DNA from: Lama guanicoe
Taxonomy: Eukaryota
Length of the DNA stretch: 64,000 nt
Direction of reading: 5' to 3'
NCBI GenBank assembly: GCA_013239625.1
Contig: MU053881.1
Coordinates: 11,793,957-11,857,956, forward strand
Below, piece after piece: positions 12,571-25,182 of the stretch. Position numbers and translations under genes: made by a program. The notes beneath the pieces are model-generated. The model saw only the letters and a program-made list of their open reading frames with translations. It made no database searches and had not been told where the DNA came from. Every line of letters begins with the position of its first letter. The stretch's first letter is position 1.

Positions 12571-14189
12571 GGTTTTTCTGCATATGTTTGTGCAGTTTTT
12601 GACACTTTAAACTCATGAATATATTCACTATTCAAAAATCAAAAAAAATTTTTAAAAGCTGCAATACAAACAGATTCAGAAGCAAAGTTGAGACCAACTT
12701 CCTGCTTCTCAAAATACTTGAGTAGGGGAAGATGGCCTTTGTAAAGACAAATGGTGGGATTTTAGATTTTCCACAGTGTGCTATATGGAAAGTGGAAATA
12801 CTGTAAATGGTTTTTAGAAGAAAATACCACTACAGAAAGGTGAAAAACTGGATGATTTGCATTACATATATGTTGTAAACATCTTTGCGAATTAGTACTG
12901 ATATATATGTATATACGTATACATATACACAAAACACATAAAAACTTACATGTGTCTGAATGTATTGTCAGTATATTCATCTATTTCAGGAAATGTTTTT
13001 TATTGCTTACATAGTATTTCTAGCATGGGTTACTATAGTTATTTTAATCAGTTTTCATTCAAAGAATTATACTGTTTATACTTGTTGATCTTTTTGTTGT
13101 TAGGGTTGTAAATGTATTCTAAGGAACATCCTTAGTCACCTCTATCTTACTCTTTCAGATAAACTCTAGAAATGGTCATCCAGGTCAGAGATCATCCAGA
13201 TGTTTGCCTTTTCAAACATGTTGTTAAGTACTGCTCCAGAAAGGTTGTAATATATATAGCATTGTTTCAAGGGGCTTATAAGTCAGATAAATATCATATC
13301 ACAGAAGGGGCCCTATTTTTCAGAAACACCTATCCTCGTTGTTCACCTATTATCGTCATCAATGTCAAATTACCGAAGTAGTTGAGACTAAAGTCTGTGT
13401 GCTACATTTTCTGTTCGGATCTACCTTTGAGGCACGAATATGCTTGTCATTCATGGAATGCTAAATAGCTAATGCATCCTTAATTCTCTCTGCAATCCAA
13501 GTACTGGTGTATTTGTTACAGATATTCATGCCCAAGGGAATGATGCAGTTTCTTGGGTGAGCTTTTGATTTTTAAACAGGAGATGTGTCAGACAGCACTT
13601 GGTAAAGAAAAGGGAAAATATAATGTGGTATTTGCTAGCTCCTGAAAAATAGACTTTAGAATCAGGTAAATAATTCCCTCTTGGACATTGTATGTATTAA
13701 CAGCTTGAAAATAATTCATGGAGAGAGAAAATAAGAAAGAAAGATATATATATATATATATTTATACACATATATAATTTTTTTCCTCGTAAAGATCTCA
13801 TTGATTCCTCATAAAATATTGCTCTGAACTCGCTATTACTGTAGTTCTCAGAGGACAGAATGACTCAGAGAATACAATCTTTGTTTATACAATATGATAC
13901 AAGTTGTACAAGTATTGTAAGGTAGTCCATGTCCTTGGAACAGCTGCTCCAAGGGACCTTTTAAGGTGGCTTATCCCTATCTTACGCTTTTTAAGAAATG
14001 GGAGGACGGACAATCATAAGTATACAGTTCCTGGGCAGCTTCTTGCACGTTCCACTGCATTATAATGTTTGAGAGTAGGGGTTAAAATAAATAGAAATCA
14101 GAATAAACAGGTTAATGCTGACATCTTAAAAGGCAGCTACAATATTGCAATGATAACAGTTATATTTTATTAGAAAGTCATGAAATTTA

Positions 14190-14350
14190 CACGCATCTAC
14201 TTAACAATCTTCACAATAACTCACAGTGATTGATAATATTATTGTTTCCAGTTTGCAGATGAGGACACTGTTAAAAGATTGCTCAAGATGACATAGACAG
14301 GGTAATTTTAACCCTATCTGATTTCAGATCTCAGCCTCTTCTTAACTGCA
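14190..14350 (-). mobile_element. MIR SINE
   Basis: AATCTTCACAATAAC...TTTCCAGTTTGCAGATGAGGACACTG...GCTCAAGATGACATAG is an antisense MIR core. Confidence 0.7.
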
Positions 14351-16749
14351 GTGTCCCATTTTAAGTCTCTTAGACTACATTCGTAGCTAGGAAAATGCAA
14401 TTACTTTCTTCTCATTTCTGAGCCTGCTTCAGATCCATTTGTTAGGTTCCCAAAGCCACTTATTACCTACTGTCTGAAGCCTTCATGTGCCTTACCTCTA
14501 TCCTGTTTCTTAGGATTATTCCTTTCAAAAGGAGTCATGAGATACCCGTGCTTGGAGCTCTTTCATGGTGCTGCCTTTCTGTTGAATAGCTTTTTCTTTT
14601 AAAATATGCCTTACTAAAGGAGTCAGACCACTTCTCTTATGGAAACAGATCAGCTTTGAAATAATCTCATTGCCCAGCCGAGGTAGGTTGATCACACAAA
14701 ATTTGAGTACATATTTGCCTCAGTGCTATCATAAATGAATGATTCAGAACTGAAACCCATAAAACCTAACTCCAAATCCATTACACTTTTGATACCAAAA
14801 ATACATATTAAAATATATTCTTTTAGTAAATATTTATTAAGCATAAATTCTATACCAAACAATGTTATAAGCACTAGAGATGCAGAAATAAGTGAGATTG
14901 TGAGATATGTTTATATATCATATATATACCTGTATTATCATCAGTGAAGAAAAACTAAATTATAAAATACTGATAATCAAAAGTGACAGTTTTTCTGGTC
15001 AATAATCGATTCTACCCATTTAAAAATTGGGCATATATTAATGATGAAATAATTTGATATACTTACCTATGAATTACACTGACAACTTAGAACTTAATTA
15101 TATCAATCAGTTGCAGGAAGGAATGTGGAAAAAATGGATTACCAGTTTAGCAGCACTATTGTTACTTTTCAAAGAGGATATTTTTCAGAACTGCTGTTAA
15201 TGAATAATATTTGGGCAGATTTGAAAAGCAAAAACTCTTCAAATTTAATGATTTATGCTTACCTCCCTTTTGACAGTTAATTTTATAGTTGTTAATACGT
15301 ATTTTTAATTAGTAGAATTTATGGATAATTTTCTTGTAAATCCTAAACCAAGCTGAATTTTCTGTCTTATTTTATTTAAGACTGTCAGGCAGTAGCTTCC
15401 TTCTTTGACAAACTGTTCTTTTTATTGCACTTAAAGACTGTGATTCATTCTCCTGTGTAATTAGAAGGAGTAAGCTAAATATTCTCTATTCTTTTGAAAG
15501 GTAGCAGTACAGGGAATAAATTGTTGGTATAGTCACATTTCCATGTCTGACCCCCTTATTAGCTCTAAAACAGCCTCTTTCTGATGAAACAATCAGAACA
15601 CAACAGAATGCTTTTCCTCTGGATTTCTAAGTTCTGCAAAGTCTACCCTGTATTCCCTGCTAAAAACATGACGTCAACTATCTTGTTTTCTAAAATAAGA
15701 AAATATCTTTCAGAGGGAGAAAAAGAACAAAGTGATGTCACTTTATATTCTTTTTGTTATCAAAAAGTGGAAAGTTGGACATGGTGGTATAATAACCCTC
15801 CTGTATTAGTGGGAGTGTAATGTGACATCATGCTGGAGCACAATATGGCACTGATTTTGTTGAATTAAGTATTCTTATACATGCCATATAACCCATAAAT
15901 CCCACTCTCATGTCCCAAAGACATTCTCCATGTGTCTGCATTGTTACTAAGAATGAGGTTCTTATTCATAGTAATGTTTGTGGTTATAAGGAGTTGGAGA
16001 AAAGCTAGGTGTCTAGCTTAGGAGAGTAGCTAAGAAAAAGTGAGGCTATAAACAGACACTGTATAGTACTAGGGGAAAAAACCCCACAAAACGATATCCA
16101 CACAGCTACAAAGATATATGTCAGAAACATGGTGCTGAAAAAAATTAACAAGAAACGGAAGATATATAGCATATGCCATGTATGCAAAACAAAACAAAAA
16201 TTCATTTTATAGGATAACATACCAATAAACACAGTGTTTGTTCAATACATTGTGTGTGAGTAGGGGGTAATGAGCTTGGGCAATGGGGACTAAGAAGAAG
16301 GAAGGAAGGAAAGAAGGACGGTTGGTTGGAAATGAAGAGCAAGTGGAAAGAAAACTCTGATGCTTAATTTGTACATTTTGTCTTTTGATTTCATGCCTAT
16401 GCTGTGACTTTCTCCAGAAATGTTACATGAAAAGCAAGACTTCCCACATAAACCTCATAGTTCCCCGAATCATTTAAACTGTATATACTTTTTCAGTCTC
16501 TGAGAGAGTAGATAGTATTATTTCACCTACAGTGATAAGTACGAAGAAAACATGAGATACAGTTCTTTCTCCAAAGGAAGAATTGCTGGGATGGAGAAAA
16601 AGAGAAAAGTTAAACATGCAAACACTGTGATAGAATAGATAAAAACATATACTTAATATTTTAAATTCTAATTATTAATCTATGAAGCTATGAAATTTCA
16701 GAAAAGGGATAGTTCCACTTACATAGGAATAGATTAAGAGATAAACAGG

Positions 16750-17485
16750 GTTAGAAAGGCTGCCGTTAATTCCTGGCTCTACCACTTATAATCAAGGTGA
16801 CTTTGAGCAAATAACGTTTTTATGAGCCTCATTTGTCTCCTCATTTTATCTGTGATTTTGTAAAGCCACTTTATTGAGGTATGACTGACTTACAAAAAGC
16901 TGTATATATTTATCATACATAACTTGATGAGTTTGGAGGTAAGGATACAACCATGAAACCATTACCACTATCTAGGCCTTAAACATATCCAACGTCTCCA
17001 GACATCTTCTCCCACTGTCTTTATTTATTATTATTTTTTGAGTGTGTGTGTGTGATAAGAACATTTAATATAAGATCTACTCTCTTAGCACATTTAAAAA
17101 TACATAGTACAGTACTATTAACTACAGGTACTATGCTGTACACATTGTACAGTAGATCTCTAGGACTTACTTATCTTGCAGAATTGAAATTTGTACGCTT
17201 TGACTACCACCGTTCTGCTCTTTGTGTCTGTAAGTTTGAGTATTTTAGATCCCCCTTATAAGCCATATCATGTGATATTTGTCCTCCTGTGTCTGGTTTC
17301 ACTTAGTATAATGTTCTCCAGGATGTCATAAACAGCAGTATTTACTTCTTTTCTAAGCTGATCATATTTCTCTTTATGTGTATATCACCTATCATAGGGC
17401 TTTGTGATGGCCCAATGAGACAGCACAGTAAATGAATACATATGCCTCGAACATAATAAAGGGAGGACATGTGCTAACTATTAAA
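16750..17485 (+). mobile_element. MIR split by an L1 insertion (MIR parts ~16750-16850 and ~17385-17485)
   Basis: CTCTACCACTTA...GTGACTTTGAGCAAATAAC before the L1; ACCTATCATAGGGCTTTGTGATG after it. Confidence 0.65.
16868..17385 (-). mobile_element. L1MA9/L1MA10-like 3' end
   Basis: CTTTATTGAGGTATGACTGAC...AAGATCTACTCTCTTAGCA...TTTCACTTAGTATAATG. Confidence 0.8.
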
Positions 17486-17849
17486 ATAAGAAATAAGTGA
17501 GAATCAAGATGAGATGTGGAAGTATGGGAAGGTTTAGACAAAATTAGGTAGGGCATCCTAGATCAAGAACCTCTTCAGGGGAAATCTCTTTTTTGTTTCT
17601 TAAAAATTAAAAATATTTTCTAAATATCTTGCTGGAAATTTTCAAGATATATTCAGCATTATAGTCCTCGGGTATTGTTATTGGTTTTTGCCTGATTTTC
17701 TATGTATCTTCTATGATAATCTGTTTTGTGGAATGTTGATTCTATCTTAGAGAGTAGATACCCATAACTGTAACATCTTTAATTACAAATTTTACAAAAT
17801 TACAAATTTTAGCATTATACAGTAGTGTTATTTTTATTAATTAATGTAT

Positions 17850-18760
17850 GTTGGCTTTAATTTCAATGTTTCTGATATTAAAGTCATTATTCCTGCTTCC
17901 TTTTTGATTGCATTTGACTTGAAAACATAGTCTATTATTCTGTTTTCACCTTGTGAATTAACACTTTTTGGATGTATCTATTGTATAGAAGGTGGTGTTT
18001 GGCTTTGCTTTCTGCTTCAGTATGAAAATCATTTTCCTCCATAACAACTGGATAAAACCCACTACAGTTTCTGATAGGAAGGTTGTGTACTCTTCTATCA
18101 TATGTCATTTCTTCTAATTTTTTAATTTTAAATATATTTTAAGGTCTCCCATATATCCACTTTTCCTGTAATATTTTTGTTCATAGCCCTCTGACATTTA
18201 ATAAGTTATAATTTTCTCTTGTTTTGTCTTTGTAACCATAACTTGACATAAGACACTTAGCCTTCTATTTCTCTCAACAATTTCTATTCCATTATAAATT
18301 CAATGATAAAATTTAGAGTGTTTCCTTTACCTTTCCCTTCTATCTCTGTTTCACCACTTGGTATCAGTCAATCACTTTTCTCTCCTTATTTTTACTTTTA
18401 AATAGACTTATCACATTTCTTGATTTATCAGCCTTAATATAATTAATTCAATATGCAGCTAATAAAGATTAGGCAATCAAATAACTTACCATTCCTTCTC
18501 TACTTTCCCCCCTTCCATTCTTCTTTTTTTGGGTTGTTTTATCATTTCTACAGTTTTTAGAGCATAGGACACTTAACATGCTTTTCTGTTAATTTAGCAT
18601 TTATACTACCCTAATTCTATTATTAAACTAGTTCAACTCTCATCATCATTCAGATCACGGAAGGGGACAAGTAAACTACATTACCTGATTTGTTGTGTGT
18701 TCAAGAATGTTTGTTTGCTTAATTATATTGAAGGAAATTTTACCTGGTTATAAAATTCAC
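17850..18760 (-). mobile_element. Ancient L1/HAL1-like fragment
   Basis: TCTGATATTAAAGTCATTATTCCTGCTTCCTTTTTGATTGCATTTGAC resembles an antisense L1 ORF2 start; heavily diverged. Confidence 0.5.
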
Positions 18761-19299
18761 AAAGAAAATAATATCCTTTTATCCATCATGCTTTAAAAAA
18801 AATGAGTATTTCAAATGGGTTCTTATTGATGCTTTGTGAAATTTCCCACTACTGGTTACTCTTGTCAGCCTACCTATTTTGTCAGTTCCCTTCTTCCCAC
18901 ATACCTTCTGCCAGATCTCAGCTGCTAATCAGAACTCCCTTTCCTAAGTAGGTTTTTCTGATGTAGAGAATTCATTAGTAAACTTGCTCAATGGCTGACT
19001 GGACTTACAGAAAAATATTTTGTTAAAACTCATTGCATAAATTTAAACTCAGCTCATCTGTAATGAATCACATTTTCTTATGAATAAAACTTTCAGAAAA
19101 ATAAAATATTTTATGTTACCAGATAATCATTTTCTAAGAAACGGAGTCATTAAGAGTAAGAGTTACAGTGTGAAAATGTACTGAAACTGGTTCAAAAGTG
19201 AACTGTAAATGTATGACATCTAAGCATTCTTATATCTAATATAATATTTTATGTAATGCAAGTATATTTGTGAAATTCTGCTCATCTCCATGTTGATGT

Positions 19300-21015
19300 G
19301 CCTCTTATACTATAAACACAAGAAAACTGGAAAACTTACGAAAAACTTCTTTCAGATATTAGCCAACAAGTGCTTGATATCTAAAAGAAACAAAATCAAA
19401 AAGATGAATCCTACAATCGTCCTAGATTTCTGCTTAAAAAACCTTTCCAGATGGTGGCTCAGTGATGATAACCCAAGTTAGAGGACAGTGGCCCCCTTGG
19501 ATGAGAAGATAGTGGTTTGAATTCAGGGGAGAAGAGACAGACGACATTAGTGAGGCAGAGTATTGGAGAGTGGGGGAGCTACACAGGAAAAGAGCTCAGT
19601 GTAGGATTCTCTTGAATCTGTTGCTGATGCCTAAGCTGTGAATGTGTAGGGTGAATCTCCTTAAGGCTGAGCAAAGAACTACTGGAAAGCTGAAATATGA
19701 ACAACTTCTAGAGCTTCCTCTGAGCCAGGAGATACTAAATTTCCAACTAGTCAGAGCTGGTCAAAAACCTTACTGAAGAACTGGGGCACTGATAGTAATC
19801 CCAGAGAGATGACTCAATAGTAGTTAAAAAAAAAAAAAGCTCTAGAGTAATGGCTACTCTGGAACTTTCAAAACAGTGTGTGAAAAGAAAGGGAGGGAGG
19901 GGAGGGCGGGGAGGGAGATGAGGAGAAGGGGAGAGAGGAGAGGAAAGGAGGGAGGGAGGAAGGAAAGAGGAAAAATACGTCAATAGGACAAAGCTGATCT
20001 TCATGTTACTTTGCTGTCGATAAACCAAACCTCAACTCACTTTGAAGTAAGACAACAAAATTCAGACACATAGTGTAACATTCAGAATGTCCAATATTCA
20101 TTCAAAAATGGTCATTATGAGGCCAGAATCATGTTACCAAAACCAGATAAAGAATTATCAGAAAAGAAAACTAGATAAATATCCCTCATGAGCATAAATA
20201 CAAAGGATCCTTATGAAAATATTAATATATTGAATCCAGCACTATAAAAACAATAATGCATCATATCCAACTGAGATTCATCTCAGGAATGTAAGGCTGG
20301 CTTAATATTTAAAAATCAATAATAATGCTTTCCCTCTGAGACTGACAAAAAAAGGTAAGATCTATTCTCACCACTTCTATTCAGCATTTTACTGAAGTTC
20401 TTAGCATGTGCAATGAGGCAATTTAAAAAATGGGTATACAAATTTGAAAGGAAGTAGAGTATACTTGTCTTTATTCCCAAATAGCATATGTACCCAGATA
20501 CTCATGAAGATTCTAGAGCAAAACTATATACCTACTAAAAATCTCGTACATGAATATACAAGCAGCTTTATTCATAATGTCAAAAACTAGAAACAAGTAC
20601 CATATACAACAGGATAGTAGATAATCTATGGTGCATTTATACAATAGATTACTTCTCAGTAATACGAGAAAGAAACAGATTACCGACGTACTCTGCAACA
20701 TGGATGAATCTCAAAAACATTACGCTGAGTGAAAAAAGTCAGATACAAACAGTCCATACTGTTTGCTTCTATTTACGTGGAATCCCTTAACAGTCAAAAG
20801 TAATTTACAGTGGCATAAAGTAGATCAACAGCTGTCTGGACCTGAGACTGGTGGTGAGACTGACATTAAAGAAAGAGGATATTTTGAGGTAATGGATATG
20901 TTCTATATTTTTATTTTGGTTGTGTTTACTTGAGTGTATACATCTGTCAAACCTCATTTAATTATACAGTAAAAAATCGGTATATTTTATTGTAGTTAAA
21001 TTGTATCTCAATAAA
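19300..21015 (+). mobile_element. Old L1 (L1ME/L1MD-type) composite: 5' region, ORF2 pieces and 3'UTR
   Basis: ORF2-like CTCTGAGACTGACAAAAAAAGGTAAGATCTATTCTCACCACTTCTATTCAGCAT; 3' end TGGATGAATCTCAAAAACATTACGCTGAGTGAAA...CTCAATAAA at ~21010. Confidence 0.75.
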
Positions 21016-21329
21016 TCCTATTAAATTACACAAAAAGAACAAATGTATGGACAGCAGAGAACATGTAAAACAATAAACAAGTAATGTATTCTATTTGGGT
21101 TATTTTTAATTTTTTTCTCCTTTTTTGTACCATTTGATTTAATTATAAGGCTACTTTTTTTGGGTTTTGTTTTATCCTATGAAAAAACTTGCTTGTTGGG
21201 AAATGAGTGCAGTCAAGTTTATATAAGATCCTATAACAATATATTTTCTGAAAAAAAAAGAATATACTTTCTTTTAGACTTAGACACTTTCTAACAGGAG
21301 GACTATTAAACTTCAGTAACATTCCACTT

Positions 21330-21990
21330 GAAACACAGTGTATTCAACCCTTTTCCTCACCTAAACATATTCTGTATCATCTAAGTATTTTCAAAACTAT
21401 CAGCTTCTTTCCATGCCTATCTTCAGTAAGTTTTAGAACCACCTAATTCTTTGCTATCTTCAGCCTTGTTAGATTCTCTACCCATTTCTCCATACTGGAG
21501 TCACAATGACCTCTCTGAATCATGGATTTGAGGAGCGGTTTAAGATTATTCATGGGTCACCATCCTATGGGTCTAGTTCAAATTTCATATCAAAGTTGTA
21601 TAAGATCCTTCATGACGTTGCCCATGGCGTCGCCCAACTTGCTTCCTATCTACTTTCGCATTGAACTTCTTATCTCTCTATTCTTTGTCCAACTTCATGT
21701 ACGTTCCATGACCATCCTATTCCCACACACATCTCACCTTAACATTTAAAAGTACTTTGGCTAGATTCAACTTCTCTTAGTGCCCATAGTGGGACACATC
21801 TCTCTTCCCTCTCAAATAATTAAATTTTAGCTGTTTATTATTCCTTGGCATGTGCTATTTGGCCTACTGAATTACTTCCTTTTTTTTTTTTCTGTCCTTC
21901 TCTTGGCTAACTCCTATCACGCGTAAAAGGTTCATTCCAGCAATGACTTTCTCTGGGAAGACTTCCGTGAGAAGATGGAATTTGAGGCTC
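21330..21990 (+). mobile_element. L2 LINE fragments
   Basis: C/T-rich L2-like blocks such as CCCATTTCTCCATACTGGAGTCACAATGACCTCTCTGAA and TTGGCTAACTCCTA. Confidence 0.55.
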
Positions 21991-22114
21991 CTTTCATAGG
22001 ACAGGAAATATTATCAATCGTAGCACTTCTGTTTTTGTTTTTTTGCCTACCTGATGTTTTCGAGAAATTAGTGAAATCAGATGACCCTCTTTCTTGGGTT
22101 AGGCCTCATTATAG

Positions 22115-22495
22115 TTTTTTTTTTAATTGAGATATAATTGGTATATAACATTACATTAGTTTCAGGTGTACAACATAATGACTCCATAGTTGTAATATAT
22201 TGTGAAATGATCACTACAGTAAGTCTAGCCACCATTTGTCACTATACATCGTTATCAAATTTTATTTTCTTGTGATGAGAATTTTTAAGATTTACTCTCT
22301 TAGTAACTCTCAAATATGCAGTTCATCATTATTAACTCTGTCACCATGCTGTAAATTACATACCAGACTTAAGTATTTTATAATTGGAAATTTGTACCTT
22401 TTGACCCCCCTTCACTCATTCACCAACCCTGCCCTCCCCCCACATCTCTGACAACCACCAATCTGATCTCTGTGAGGCCTTAAATTTTTTTTTTT
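22115..22495 (-). mobile_element. L1MA9-like 3' end
   Basis: T tail at 22115, then AATTGAGATATAATTGGTATATAACATTACATTAGTTTCAGGTGTACAACATAATGA...GACAACCACCAATCTG. Confidence 0.85.
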
Positions 22496-22499
22496 CTAT

Positions 22500-23562
22500 G
22501 ACTTAGGCTGAAGCTTCTGGAAAAGCAAACAGGCATCTTTCACAGGAAGACTGAGAGTGGGCTTCTGTCAGCTGCGTGCGCACTGCCCCGGGCACGGCAG
22601 CCTTTGAAGCGCTCTCTTTCGGATTGTTGCCCTCCCCCCACTCAGGAACGCAAGCCCCCCACCCCCACCCCGCCACGCGCACCCCCAGCCCCACAGCCGG
22701 GGAAGCAGGAGGCGTCCCACTGGTGGCAGCTGCGAAGACTGGGACACGCCAAATGAAAGCCAGGGCACCAGTTCGTGTAAAAATTCCCCTCTGAGAGACA
22801 TCAATGCTCTGCAGCATGGCAGAGGGAGAACGCAGAGATGGCACCCACCGGGAAAGGGGGAAAAAAAGGAAAAAAAAGATAGAGGGGGCGGGGAGAAGGG
22901 AGAGGGGAAAGAAAGAGGAGAGAAAGAAAAACAGCCCACAGGTATTTAGAAAAAGATGGCGCCCGCAGCGGGAGCAAATCCCGGGAGGCGAAGGTGGCGC
23001 CCAGACTCCAGAGGGCGCCCGTCGGGCCTCTTTAAATTAGACGCCTGCGCCTCAGGCTGACGCCCCCGCAGAAGCGAACGTCAGCCTCTCCCTCAGCCGC
23101 CCCCTCGCCAGGCCCCGGAGCAGGTAAGTCCCAGCCGCGAGCTCGCTCTCTTCTCAGCTGCCCGGGGTGGCCTGTGGGATCTGAGGGACGCCAGCCCTGT
23201 TGGTTTGGTTTTCAAAACGAGATGTTTTGGGGGCTTTTCTCTCAAACGCCGGTCCTGAAAGTCGGGGCGGGGGGGCCTGAGGTGGGGCTGGAACCTTTGG
23301 TTCCTCGGGGAGAAGCTCTGGGTTTTGAGCTCCTTCGTGGCCGGGTCGCCCGGAGCTGGGGTCGGAGTTTGGGGCGAGATTGTGCCGCGGCTTCTCCTAC
23401 CTGCTTTGATGTGCGCCTTCTGTTCGTTCGTCGGGAGTTTCTTGAGCCAGTTTTGGGGGCGTTTTTCTGAGGGATTTGTTCCCATGTGGCCCTAGACGCG
23501 GTGTGTTTGCGGGAGGAGGCGAGTTCGGGGGGGGGGTCCTCCGCCGCCGCCATCTTGACCCC
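22500..23562 (-). mobile_element. L1 5'UTR (laurasiatherian type) without ORF1/ORF2
   Basis: Minus strand starts GGGGTCAAGATGGCGG (YY1 motif typical of the L1 5' terminus; plus-strand GCCATCTTG at 23549-23557), followed by GAACTCGCCTCCTCCC...AGGTAGGAGA 5'UTR-type blocks. Confidence 0.8.
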
Positions 23563-23625
23563 GACTGCCTTCTCTCCTCGGGCCCGCGCGTCTGGGTGCT
23601 GACGAGGTGGACGCTGGCCCAAGGG
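22570..23625. promoter_or_regulatory. CpG island / candidate promoter
   Basis: About 1 kb of GC-rich sequence with dozens of intact CpGs in an otherwise AT-rich, CpG-depleted window; YY1 and CTCF-like motifs. Confidence 0.75.
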
Positions 23626-24263
23626 TTTTTCTACTGTGGATTGATTTATTGTATACTCCCAAGTGATATCAAACAGTGTTTAAGCCAAATATCATTTATT
23701 TCAACTCCTATTAGTGAGGAGTTTTAAAGTAAAGCAGTTTTTGGACCTCTAGTTTTTTGTTTTTTGGTTTTTTTTGGTTTTATTTATTTATTTTTTAGGT
23801 TTGGGTGATACAGGATTGTCAACAGGTGAGTAATTCAGTAGAAGGTGGAGAAATTCTCACTTGTCTCAATGCCTTCCCTGGGGCAGAACGACCAGCAGTG
23901 GTGAAATCTAGCCCTGATTGCAGTACCTCGTTGGAAGCAGGTGTAATGAATAGAAGACAATTACTCAGTAGCAGCCTTAAAACAGAGCAAAGGAATAGCT
24001 TTTGGGTAAAGGGAATTCTAATAGGAACTTTGGTGTACTATATGTTGTATTTCTTGCAGTCTTTGTCTACTTATGTTGTTTTGTAATATGTGGGCACGCA
24101 GGAATTACTGTGACTAATTTAATAATCACATTCTGTGATTTTCATTTTTATTTTTGGATAAGGTGAAAAACAAAGTCATTTTTTTTGTGTGTCTGCCAAT
24201 TTTTGGCAGGCGTTTTCTGTCCCATAAAGAGGAATTTGACCAAGGATCACCCCTGCATATCCA

Positions 24264-24383
24264 CCCCTAGACTGTGACTTCCTTAAAGGTGGGACCTGGA
24301 TGTGCAATTCTTTAACCAGGATCACAGCAGACAGCTTACATGAGGTCATTGCTCAATAAATATTTATTGAGTAAATGAATGAA
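24264..24383 (+). mobile_element. L2 3' end
   Basis: CTAGACTGTGACTTCCTTAAAGG...GCTCAATAAATATTTATTGAGTAAATGAATGAA. Confidence 0.75.
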
Positions 24384-25182
24384 AGCAGTGCCTACGTTTT
24401 CTCTGTGAAGGGCACCTGCTGGTTTCACTGGTAGGTGGCAGAACATCATTTTAGCACTTCTGATAGTCTTGTTCTTATCTATGCTAAAATGACCTACCCA
24501 TGGGATGGGTGATTGCATCCTGGGAATCTTTTCCTCACTTGAACTTTCTGTCTTAGCAAGCTTGACAGGCTTTTTTTTTTTTAAAGACAGGTGGCACACA
24601 ACTTCTTAGGGAATTGCATTCAGGTGGTACCTGCGACTCAAATACGACTCCCAAGGCACACTTTCTCCTCAGAGAATTTAAAAGAAGGTCCTGTAATAAA
24701 AGAACATACAACATAAGAGTGAATAAGATTGTGGCAAGATTTTCAGCTAAAGTTGTTTCTAGCAATTTGCAACACTTGTTGCTAATCAAACAAGCCCTAT
24801 TTAGGTTTTCTAAAAGAAGTTGGAAATAAAAGTACTGGAAGCCAATATGGAACTGAAAGTGCCCAGGGTGTTTTCTATTTTGGGGCTAGTTTGGATCATC
24901 TAAGCTCTGAACAGTGCCTGGGAGATGGCCCAGTATTTTGAATATTTTTGCATACTCATTAGTTTAACAAATAATTGTAAGCCAGCTATATACCAGGACA
25001 TCTTCTGGGTGCTGATAAGACAGTGAAAACACTGTGACTCCAAAACACATGGAGTTAACATTCAAAAACTTAAGTGACTCAGATTTCCTCTGTAATGCTT
25101 CTACCAGATAATGAATTAATTAGAATTTCAAGCTAGTAGTGAGATGAAATATTTATTTTTCTGCTTTGATTTGTTTATCTTT

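Noticed and set aside
22503..23727. Cluster of overlapping 72-130 aa ORFs on both strands
   Set aside because: Expected from stop-codon scarcity in GC-rich L1 5'UTR sequence; Pro/Arg/Gly-rich and no recognisable domain.
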